From Camelus ferus (Eukaryota), in NCBI RefSeq assembly GCF_009834535.1, contig NC_045697.1, positions 73,410,001 through 73,474,000 of the forward strand: DNA of 64,000 bases. The letters are read 5' to 3'. Position numbers and translations under genes: made by a program. The notes under the pieces are model-generated. The model worked only from the letters and a program-made list of their open reading frames with translations, did not search any database and was not told where the DNA came from. Positions within the stretch are counted from its first letter, which is position 1. Each line of letters begins with the position of its first letter. Of the stretch, positions 49,901-60,600 are shown in pieces.

Positions 49901-50560
49901 TGTGGTAAAGATTTTGGCCTTTCCCAAGTCTGGTCATTGTCCCTGGCCCCTGGGAAGTAACCTCTCTATTCTTGTATCACTCTATTCCTGAGTGATAGTA
50001 GTATCTTTGTTATTCATGGTAGGCTTCTCAGACTGTGTCTGAAAGATTCATGTGAGCAAGGGGATTCCTGGTAGACCCCTTGTGTCAGGTGATAGCCACC
50101 CAATCTCTGGAGCATTGAGAGTGGTTAGAGATGAAGTTTAACTATTTGGGCAATCAATCAAACAATCATGCTTACATTATGAAGTCCCGATAAAAACTGG
50201 GTACCGAGCTTTCCAGGTTGCCAATATACTCTCTGCATATTATTGCACATTGATGCCAGAGGGTAACCCCTCCACAAATGCTTTGCATTTGTTCCTCTTC
50301 CTTTGCTGGTTCTAATTTGTACCTTCCTAAGAAGCCATAACTGTGAAAACAACAGGTTCCAGTCAGTTCTGTAAATTTTTCAAGTGAATTCCAAATCTGA
50401 GAATAGTTTGGGGAAACCCCTGAACTGCAGTTGACGTCAGAAGGGAGGGTTGTGTGGAATCTTCCCTCTAACTTTGTAGTTGGACCCTGACTACTTGCAG
50501 TGTCAAAAGGTTGGGCAGACTTGGGAGTCTGGAGGACTATAAACAGTTTGGCTCACTCTA
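49901..50560 (+). mobile_element. MER21-like LTR
   Basis: CAATCAATCAAACAATCATGCTTACATTATGAAGTCCCGATAAAAACT...AAATCTGAGAATAGTTTGGGGAAACCCCTGAAC. Confidence 0.7.
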
Positions 50561-50562
50561 GG

Positions 50563-50745
50563 TTCTTTCTTTCTTTCTTTCTTTCTTTTTAATTACTTGT
50601 TTTATTTTTATTTTCATTGTGGGCATAATTAGTTTTAATTGTTTATTTATTTATTTTTTAATGGTGGTACTAGGGATTGAACCCAGGACATTGTGCATGC
50701 TAGGCACATACTCTACCACTGAGCTATACCTTTCTCCCCCGCCCC
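50563..50745 (-). mobile_element. Camelid tRNA-derived SINE (Vic-1-like)
   Basis: GGTACTAGGGATTGAACCCAGGACATTGTGCATGCTAGGCACATACTCTACCACTGAGCTATACC, carrying A and B boxes on the minus strand. Confidence 0.88.
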
Positions 50746-51034
50746 GTCGCCTCTGGGTGTTTTCTTGATTGGAACAGAAGAGGACAGAGTCATAGTGTGC
50801 CAACTGATAATTATACATAACCCTGGGTCGGTCACACATGAGCATGCCATCCGTCCTATGTGTCCCGCCCAAGAAGGATGTGCGTGGGTAGATGTGGTAG
50901 AAGATGAGGGTACCAAAGTAGGTATTGTCTAAACCAGTAATTCTTATTTTATATAACAGTATTTGAAATGGACAATCACATAGTCTGGTAAAAATCTATA
51001 ATCTAGAAAAATCCTGATAGTTTACTGCAAATAA

Positions 51035-51230
51035 CATGGTATTTGAAGTCGGAGACCTATGTTGCTCTTTCTAGCCATGCAGGTTTTAGCTTCTTATTTA
51101 GTAACTGACTTTGTTTCTTTATATATAAATGAGGATAAAATAAAGCATAATTCAAAGAATTATGCAGTTTAAATAGCAAATTCACAGCATATGAAAGTGC
51201 TTTATAAAGCTTAAAATGTTAATGATGTCA
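51035..51230 (+). mobile_element. MIR SINE (degenerate)
   Basis: TTTGAAGTCGGAGACCT...TATAAATGAGGATAA...ATATGAAAGTGCTTTATAAA. Confidence 0.55.
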
Positions 51231-53289
51231 GTAAATAAGAAGGGTTTTGCTTTTTTTCCCCATCAAATAGTTATATGACAAAAATTTATTTCACCTTCTT
51301 CATGCTTAGTTTTCTTATCTGTAAAATGATAAAATCACTTCCACTTTTCTGAGTTCCTCTCAGAGGCGGATACTTTCATTATAATCTTTCTTTTAGGTAT
51401 CAAAATTCTGATGTATATTCTTTTTGTAAAAAAAAAAAAAAAAGTGACTTCCTTCTAAAGCCCAATATTCCTGACAGAGAGGAGCAATCGTCATGAAAAA
51501 TTGATCATTAGGTTTAGAACTCTCCATTTGCCAAGACAAGCATCATAATTTGGGCCAAAAACATGCTCAATAGTGAGAGATATATATTGCCTAAGGGAGT
51601 GAAAAGTAACATAAAAATTTGCCAAGCAAGAACTTTCTAATTAACTATTAGTGGAAATATTAATTAACAAACTAAATTCATATAATAATTATATAATTTC
51701 ACACTTCATTGGTTGTATTTTAAAGAAATGTAAGTAATGGAATTGATATAATTTCAGTTCCTTGTTTCCTTAATTTCTTCACGGGAGCCAAACTGCTGCA
51801 TTTTCAGGGAAATACAGGTTGTGGTGGAGAGAGTCTGCAACCGGTGGTGAGTGATTCTGAGAACAAGATAAACACATTCTTCCACTTAGCAACTCTTGTA
51901 TTTATTTGTAGCTGGATACTGCTTTGAGATCAAATTTCTTTCCTTCTATTTTCACCTTTTCTTTCTCCTGATTCAAACAGGTGAGACGTCTGGCTTATTG
52001 CAACGAGGAATGTTTGTGGCAGAGTGAAAAGCAGCTAGAGCAGCTTTCTGCAAAATAATTCTTGGCTTTTGTTTCTCCCACCTAAAGCCCAGGAAGGGAA
52101 GGGAGTTACAGTTAGAGGCAAGTGTCTTTAAGAAACTTAAAAGAGGAAGAATTCTTTCCAACTAAAAAGGGATTCTCTGTGTTGGGAGGGTGAGGGACAA
52201 GAAAGGTGTATTGGCCTGGCTGGGCTAGGGCAGAAGGAGGGCAGGGGGCTCCCTGACTGCACCCCAGAAGGCAGCAGCAGGTGGGAACAGTTGTGAGTGA
52301 TCAGGGGTCTCAAGTCTCTACCAAGATTCCTGTTCCCCAAGCATGGACAGAAACAGCAGAAGTTGCAACTAACGGCCCATGGCAGGGAAAATGGATGTCC
52401 ACATGACAAACTATAAGACCACATACAAGATCAGAAGGCTTCCCTACAAAACCCCCATATGTTATCACTGAATATGATCCTGGAAGTTCAATACATCCAC
52501 AATGAAGCCCTAAGGTTATTGCTACTGGGGACTAAGCACCCCACCAGACCAGCAGGAATTGAATTTGAAATAGTTTAAAATACCTAAAAAAAAGCAAGAG
52601 ATGCGTTATTTCTAGCACACCTAGGTCTATAATCAATATGAAGAATAAAAGTGCTCAATTTTAAACTTTTCAGAAGTGATCAATAAATTTAAATCCACAA
52701 ATAGGTGTCCAAATCAAGTCCTTGGAAAAAACAGATCAACTAATTTCAAATTTTCCTATTTTTTCCCCTAACATCATTTATATTCTGATGTATAATAAGA
52801 AATAGTGAAATTATCAAAATCTGGGCAGCAGTAGGAAGAAGGTGAGGAAGCCAGACTTATGAATAATCTAGATGTCCCCTGAGTAAATTAAACTTAATTG
52901 ATAACTTAACTATTGAAGCAAAGGCTCTTTCTGGTAGAAATTGGTTTTGTGCTTTTATTTTTCCATATGTGTATATGCATTGACATATTATGTATACAGA
53001 TTAATGTTTTATCATTCACTTAATGAAAATATCATCTTCCTGTACCTTTTCCTCAGTGTTTTTACAGGCACATGTCTGCGAACTTTCTTCCAGAAAACAT
53101 CAAGGCACTCACAGCCACTCTGCCAGTCCTATGACCTAGAAAGATTCTATTTTTTAGCTTGAAGTTTCAAAGAAGAGAGATTAAAATAGAAACTGAATTT
53201 CAAAACTGGTATGAATACTAATATGAGATGACCTCTCTTTTTTTCTCTCTAGATTACAATGTCTCATTTTAAAATATGTTCTTTATATT

Positions 53290-53900
53290 TCAGTCCTTTA
53301 TTGAATCCCAGCTAACTGTCAGACTCTATGCTATGCTTTGAGAACACAAATCTGGAAAAAAACAGGACGTCTGCGCTCAAAGAATTCAAGTCAATTCAAG
53401 AAATCAAGGAGCAGGCAAAACTATGTACATAGCTAATTGTATAGACTTATAACAATCTGGAAATTGATATAATAGAAATATGTTCAGAGTACTGGGGGAC
53501 CCCAAAAGAGGGCCTGTTTGCTTCTTTCCAGAAGAATGAGTGGAAAGAAGGCACCAGAAAGAGATTCATAGAGCGGTTGTCATCTAGGCTTGTTCTTGAA
53601 GAACAGAACGTGGGAGTCAGTTGTGGTTGTGCGGAGAGTTCCAGGTATAAAACCTTGCATAGCAAAAATGGAAGGGCACAAATGCGAAGATGCACAGGTT
53701 TGGGGGATGTTGATAAAACAAGACATTTACATGACCCAGAGAAATCAGGGAGGGCAAGGCGTGCAAATGAGGCAAAACAAGGCTGGAGAGGCAGGAGTCT
53801 GGGTTTAAAAACCGCTTTAAGTTTTATTTCTAACACTTCTTTCTCACTGTGTGTTTCCATATATTGGAGCAGTTAACAAATTTTAGGTAAAGAGGAATGC
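53290..53900 (-). mobile_element. L2 fragment
   Basis: TTTATTGAATCCCAGC...CTGCGCTCAAAGAATTCA...antisense L2 body. Confidence 0.65.
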
Positions 53901-54069
53901 CTAGTTGAAAATTATTTAGGCCAATTTTTCTTAGTTGGCATACTTCCTCTTTGGGCATTTTAAGAGGTCTGGCAAGGCAGTTACGAAATTCTCCTTAGAC
54001 CTTCTTTTGTATTGATTTGAGAAAGCATCACACAGCTGAAGCCTGGTCACTGTTAAAAATGACTGTCAT

Positions 54070-54214
54070 GGGTGGGGGAACATATATCTCAGTGGTAGAG
54101 TGTGTGCTTAGGATGCATGAGGTCCTGGGTTCAATCTCCAGTACCTCCTTTAAAATAAATAAATAAATAAACCTAATTACCTCCTCCCCACCAAAATATT
54201 TAAAAATAAATGAA
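54070..54214 (+). mobile_element. Camelid tRNA-derived SINE (Vic-1-like) with perfect 16-bp TSD
   Basis: A box (TCTCAGTGGTAGAG), B box (GGTTCAATCTCC) and A-rich tail. TSD TAAAAATGACTGTCAT at 54054-54069 and 54215-54230. Confidence 0.92.
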
Positions 54215-55439
54215 TAAAAATGACTGTCATTTAGCAAATCTCATCAATTTTTGTTTTGATACAGTGTTTCTGTTTCCATCGTTCCCAAACACATATCCCC
54301 ATCTCCATAATCTAGGCCATCCTTATTTCAAATATCTTAGCTCAAATGGCTTTGGGGAGAGTTTCCTGATATGGGAATCTCTTGTCTTTCACTTTATGCT
54401 ACTCTAACTGTTAGAAAAGAGTAAAAGTTATAACATCTGTCTTATGTCAGAAACTTGCTTATCTACACACACACACATGTCCGTACCACACCATGTTTTT
54501 GTTTTTTTCATTTCATCTACTTGTAGTCATTCTGTCTTTACCACTGAGTTGTAAGCTCTGTAAAGATGAGTCTCACTTTGCACTTGAGCCAGGTCCAGGG
54601 TGCCTACAACAGCCCTGAACAGACAGGGTTTCCAGAACGTGTACGCTGACTATCTGATCCTTACCCAACTTTCCTGTCTTTTCTTTTCTGTTTATTTTAA
54701 CAAATGAATGCAAGCAAAGATAAGTAGATTTAATATGGGTACAGGTTTGTTCAGGCAGTTTAGCTTTTGACTTTTTATTGTTTTTGTTTTTGTTATTTTC
54801 CCTCTGAGAGTAAACACTTAAAAATAGAGACTGAGAGACAGGTGCAGGTAATGGTATAAAAATGTGTGTAGGTGAACTTTTGAGTTCCTATTCCAGACAG
54901 ATCTGGAAAAAGTCAAATAGCCTTACTTTACTTATTTATGCACATTCTAACTTAAAGTTCTCGTAAAAGAAAAAGTATCGGGTTTTACACATTCTCACTG
55001 GGACTTGAAAACCTAAAGAAATTCCCCACAACGCTCAGCAAACTTGACTTGCCTGGCTTGGTTTGGAATGTTATTAAGGGCTTCACTCCTTCCGAGTGCT
55101 CTGCAATACTTTATACGTCACTTTTCACAAAGTCCTAAGGGAAAGGGAAGAAGCACTATGGCTATTTTTTTTAATTGACAAATAAGAAAGGAAAAAGAAA
55201 GTTCCAAAGGAAGACAAGGAAACTTATGTTTGGGGTTCCTCCCACCTTCCCTTTTTTTTTTTTTTTTTTTTTTTTGGCTCTACATTTCTCACTTGGTTCC
55301 TGACTTTTGCAGATTGACCTACCTACCACATACAGGGAAGGAAAAATCACTCATGTGTCTCCCATCACTCGGAGTGACACAGGTTATAAGGCGGCAAACC
55401 CCACCCCAGCCTTCCCTGTTGTCCCTTCTCTCTAAACTC

Positions 55440-55850
55440 GGGCTGTTACAGGCCTGGATCCCAGAACTATGGGGTCTCTGAGGCAGCCTCTCTGCACTCG
55501 CCAAGTGGAGGCTTCTGACCTCCTTCTATTAGCTGGAAAAACAGTGCTCTTCCCTGCGCGACCCTCCTTTGGCTTCTGGCGGAGGCTGGTGCTGCGGCCC
55601 CACACCACTCGGCAGAGCAGCTGGGACGCGAGCGCGTCGGGGACTCCCCCGTTGCAGCGAGACCCAGGCTCTTGTGGTAGCTGACCTCCTGGCCGGCGGC
55701 TCCCTTCCGATGAACCGCCTGGGCTCTGCAGCCTCTCTGCTCCCTCCGCTCCCTTTCCCTTGGAACCCCGGCTTTCTGAAAAGCTCACATAGGACTTTAA
55801 TTCTCAGCGGGCTGTCACAGGGTTCCCAGCTCGGGAGGTTCTCGTGGTCT
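55440..55850. promoter_or_regulatory. Orphan CpG-rich island; candidate regulatory element
   Basis: Repeat-free and GC/CpG-rich compared with the flanks. No recognisable coding frame. Confidence 0.45.
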
Positions 55851-56549
55851 TTCTGTAAACATGTAAAATATAAAAGCCCTCCATGGCCATTTTATCTCAT
55901 TAAGACGCTCCCCTTTATCCGAGGTTATCCCTGCATCCAAACTCATGGTTACTTAACTGACCTGACATCTTCCCTCCCATTTTAGAATAAAAATAATTAT
56001 GGGCTTGTTAAGATAGGTATCTGGTTTTCTTTAATAAAGAGAAGAATCACTTCTTGCTCATTAATCCCAATGAAAATCTGTGCCGGGGCGGTGGCTGGGG
56101 GCGGGGGGGGGGGGCATCTCAGGAAACCAAAGAGCATAGCAGTAATAAAGAGGAATCACTTCCTGTACTCAGTGTCAGGGCTTTTTACAGGAATCAGGAA
56201 TCACATCTTCTTTCCTTTTCTGCCTTATAGACAGTTGCTCTCAGGGTATGAAAAAGGCTGCTCTTATACCTGCGCTTAGGTCTAGATTAAGGAATGAATC
56301 ACTGCACACTGTAGTTTTCCAGGACCTCGTGGTGCCACTCAGCATGGCTGAGTGATGTCATGTGGCTTCAATTTTGCTAAAAAACGAGCAGCCACAGACA
56401 GTAGCTCAACTTGCAGCTCAGATTAGCACTTTGCCCTGATCGTTTCCTACATTTAAGTATATCCTTGTTGAACCACCTGCGATTTTGAAATGAACTCATG
56501 CAAATGCATTCATTCAACAACATTCAACAACAAACATACCGTCAAATAC

Positions 56550-57632
56550 CATGGTAGACTGAATTTGTGGTCTGAAGTCTTCACATCATCATAGTATATT
56601 ATGCATCTTGATCCTTTTCACAGCCTAATGGTGAGAAGAGTATATTTTTATGACTTTGGAGTTGGCCATGTTTCTTGCTTTGGGCAAGGAGACACAGTGC
56701 TCATGATTTAGGTACGGCCTTGAATAGTGCTTGTTCTTCTGCCATTGCCGTGAAAAGAATAGCCACTGTCTCTCCACCCAATGGGCCTCTGAAGAGATAT
56801 TGGGTGGTATGTAGGGGTGGGTGTGGGTGTGTGGGTGTGTAGACACACACATATGAACTACATATATGAGTATTATTCAGCAATGAGAAAGGTCATCCTG
56901 TCATTTGTGAGAACATAGATGGAATGGATGGATTGTGACCACATTATGCTAAGATAAGTCACACGTAGAAAGGCAAATATTGTGTGATATCACTTATATG
57001 TGGAATATAAAAAGGCTAAATTCATAGAAATAGAGACTATAAGGGTGGTTACCAGAGGCTGGAAGTGGGGAGAAGTGGGGAGATGTTGGTCAAAGGATAT
57101 AAATTTTCAGCTATAAGTTCTAGGAATGTAATGTACAGCATAGTGATTCCAGTTAATACCACTGTATTATATATTTGAAAGCTGCTAAGAAAATATATCT
57201 TAAATGTTCTCACCACCTAAAAGAAATGGTAATCATGTGATGTGATGCTAATGCTATGGTGGTAATCACTTCCCAACATATAAGTATATCAAACTGGTGC
57301 ATTGTACACCCTAAATCTACACAATATTATTTCAAATGTATCTCAGTAAACCTGGAAAGTATTTTAATATTAAAATATTAAATATTTAATATTTTTAAAA
57401 TATTAAAAAAATTTAAGTATTTAAATTTCAATTTAAGCATTGAAAAAAACTTAAACAATATGGATGGTAAGAGATGCCCCAGCCAACTCTCAGATGTGCA
57501 GATTAAAGCAGCACCCTCCCAGCTGATCCACAGATGCATGAATGAAAAGATAAATATTTATTATTACAGCCATTGAGTTTTGAGGTGGTTTGCTCTGCAG
57601 TGCAGCATTATTTTAGCACTAACTGACTGATA
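56550..57632 (+). mobile_element. MLT1 LTR interrupted by an L1 3' end (about 56840-57360)
   Basis: MLT1 5' part (TGGTAGACTGAA...TTGGCCATGTTTCTTGCTTTGG) and 3' part (AGCCATTGAGTTTTGAGGTGGTTTG...AACTGACTGATA) flank an L1 3'UTR (TATCACTTATATGTGGAAT...TTGTACACCCTAAATCTACAC). Confidence 0.75.
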
Positions 57633-57639
57633 AAGGCTC

Positions 57640-57950
57640 TAAAAACTAGGGACATGAGACACAAAACCAAACACAGAGATTTTAACCTCCCCTGGTTCAC
57701 AGTTTATTAACAAAGATAGATAAACAAATAACTTACAGCAATAAAGTAAATTTTGCAAAGAGGTATGAAAAAGCACATGGAAACACAGGGTTGAGAATAC
57801 CTCCTTCCATTGAGAGGTTGGAGGAAAGTTGTCCATAGAGGAATACAACATTAGACCATTTGGATAAAGAGAGGAGAGGAAGAGTGAAGATATTCCAGGC
57901 AGGAGGGCAGAGGCAGGACAGGGCATCACTGGTTAAACGAAGCACATGCA
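57640..57950 (-). mobile_element. L2 fragment
   Basis: GGTTGGAGGAAAGTTGTCCATAGAGGA...ATTCCAGGCAGGAGGG. Confidence 0.6.
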
Positions 57951-58279
57951 GATGACAGAGAATCCAAGAGTCCTTCCCAGAGCTCTGTTAAGGGGTGCTC
58001 TTGAGCCCTGATTTATAAAGGTGCTGTAATAGGGCAAGAATTCATAAGAAATAGAGGGCCAGTTAACAAAAGTGAGGGAATCCTCATGTAACTGGGCAAA
58101 TATAAATTAACCTCATTGCTGTCAGTGGAGACAGGGATCTCAAGTGGAGAAAATAAATCCTTGCAGCATTGACCTTACTGACCTTGGCTGTACTAAATAC
58201 ACGGTGAACAATTATTTGAAGATTATCAATTTGAAGGACTGCCAAATCATTTGGCAATGAGAGATGCCAAGTCTTGGTC

Positions 58280-58430
58280 TGGCTTTGGTTCTTAGAGATT
58301 ATCTAACTCAACCTTTTTATCTTATGGATGGGAAAACTATGACTCAGAAGATCAAAATTCACCCGAAGTAAAAAACCTGAAGCCAGAACCCCGGTCAGAT
58401 TTATCACCCCTGACTTCTTTCCACCATGCT
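58280..58430 (-). mobile_element. MIR/MIR3 SINE
   Basis: CTTAGAGATTATCTAACTCAACC...ATGGATGGGAAAACT...GCCAGAACCC. Confidence 0.6.
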
Positions 58431-58921
58431 GTACTTCTTGCCTTGTATTTGTGACAGCATGCAGGGAGTGGGAAGGTCTGCACTGACAAAAGGGTCAGAG
58501 CTGAAGCTCAAGAATACGTATAAGAAAGAAGCAGGAGACTTGAGAGAAGTTACATGTGCAGGGAGACATCCACAATATCACGCCACCTTTCACACATCAC
58601 TCATCTTAGGAGTGATGACTCAGGACTGTTTCAGGTAAACCATAATGTACAATTAACTTATTACTATCTACATATCTTTCCACATCCATATCAAATCTCA
58701 CTTTCCCCAAAAGTTTTCAGACTCCCTGGCCTTAAGCAATCACTTTCCCTTCTAAGAGCACTTTGTGTCATAGCAAAGCAAACACAAGTCAGAATCCTAA
58801 GACAGACTCGACTCCCAGCTCCTCTACTTACTAACTGTGTGATCAGGAGCAGGCCACTTAAACTTCTTGGGAGTCTGTCCTCATTTGGAAATAGGATAAT
58901 CGTTCTCATTTTTTTCCTCCC

Positions 58922-59388
58922 TGTAGTAGGATGATACATCCACATCATTTGCCCTGTAATTTTGCATTGCCTTCCACTGTGGATGGAATACACTTCCTCT
59001 TTCCATTGATGTTGGCCTTGGCCATGCGACTTGATTTGACTGATGGAAGGTTAAGAGACATGACATGAGCAGATGTTTTAAATGTGCTTCCATGGTTTGG
59101 TTTGCCTTCCTGTGTGCTCCTGTGCTCAACTCTGAGTTTAATATGCTCCTAGAAGCCACAACTTCTTTGTCCTGGGCTTCAGAGTGAAGACATATGAAAC
59201 AGAACCAAAACTAACTGGAAGCCTGGAGTTCAGTAAGGCCCGTTCAGAGCTGGGCAAGTCCAGACAAGATCTTAGAACCAAAATCAGCCAGCAGATCAAA
59301 GGTCAAGAGAAACATATTTGTAGTTACAAGCCACTGACTTTGGGGGGGTGTCACAGAGCCTGGGTTTCAGCCAAAACTAACTGATACA
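58922..59388 (+). mobile_element. MLT1 solo LTR inserted in a MIR (about 58770-59480)
   Basis: TGTAGTAGG start, TTGGCCATGCGACTTG and AAGCCACTGACTTTGGGG motifs, AACTAACTGATACA end. Confidence 0.8.
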
Positions 59389-59879
59389 GCCATCTTACAT
59401 ACTTTTGTAAAACTCAAACAGTATACTTAGGTGAAAATGATTTTGGAAATTGCCAATCACAATTCAAATGTGATTTATGATCATTGCTCCTCAGGATTAT
59501 GAATTATTTTATACACATATTTCTCATCTCCAAATTCTAAATGGCAAAATATTAGAAATAAGACCATTATTATATAAAAATAAAATAATATAAAATAAAT
59601 AAATATAATACATATAAATAAAATAATTATATAATTATATAAGAAACAAGTATATAAGAATAATAACTATATTAGAATTCCATAAGAAATATAATTTCAC
59701 ATATTTGCCGAAGTACCCTGCGTGGGGCCCTACATGCAGCGGGTACCGGGGAGGTGCTCCTGGGGCTGCTCCTTCTCCTAAGTGTGTTTTGTTGTGTCTT
59801 AGTTTTTGCTCTTTTAGATCTTTATTTTCTGTTATCATCACAAAGTGGTATAAGATATTAAAAGGGTGAATTATCAAAT

Positions 59880-60090
59880 CAAACAGTTGAATTTGCCTCT
59901 GTGGCACCTTGGACAAGTTGCTTAAACCTTCAAAGCTTTAACTTCTCCACTTATAAACCAAATAATAACAGTAGTAGTAGTACTAGTAGTAGAGTAGTAA
60001 TACATTTCTAAGTTAAAATCACAGTAAGTCATTTAGCACAGTGATTGTCACATCTTAAAGCACCCAGGAAACAGCAGCTTTTATTGTAGT
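59880..60090 (+). mobile_element. MIR SINE
   Basis: CACCTTGGACAAGTTGCTTAAACC...ATTTAGCACAGTG. Confidence 0.65.
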
Positions 60091-60299
60091 ACCCATATAT
60101 ATGCCTTTCTCCTCTTCAGAAATTTCTAAGCAGAATTCTCAGACAATCCTACATTCTCTAGACAAGTACAATTCTTTTTATTATCTTCCAAACAGAAAGA
60201 CATGTACACACACACATACACACACAACCTAGAATTCATAAGATTTTCCATAATTAGGTGGGGGAGAGGTGACAGGAAGAAGACGTCTTGAAAGTCCTG

Positions 60300-60600
60300 T
60301 GTTCTCTCTTTGCTCTGCAGCCTTGTTCCTAATACTCCAATGCCCTGAGATAACTCACATCTCTATTTACCTAACTAACGCTTAATCAATCTTCAGATTT
60401 CTGCTTAGACGACTCAGCCAAGTCTAGGTTAGGCATCTCTCTTGTAACAGACCTTTCATAAACTCCTACTGGAGGGCACTTAAATAAGGAATTGACTTGT
60501 CAATCTTTCCAACTGTACTATACGGTCTTTGAGGGCACAGGCCATGTCGTTACTTTTCACCAGCACCTAGCAGAGTCTTGACACGTACTCAGTATGCAAA
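60300..60600 (+). mobile_element. L2 3' fragment followed by a purine-rich tail (60605-60722)
   Basis: CTTTGAGGGCACAGGCCATGTC...CCAGCACCTAGCAGAGTCTTGACACGTA. Confidence 0.65.

Noticed and set aside
54080..54150. tRNA-like A/B boxes
   Set aside because: Part of a SINE with an A-rich tail and TSD, not a tRNA gene. The same applies at 30.2 kb and 50.7 kb.
59550..59700. AT-rich tract (also 44710-44830)
   Set aside because: Low-complexity sequence with no regular unit.
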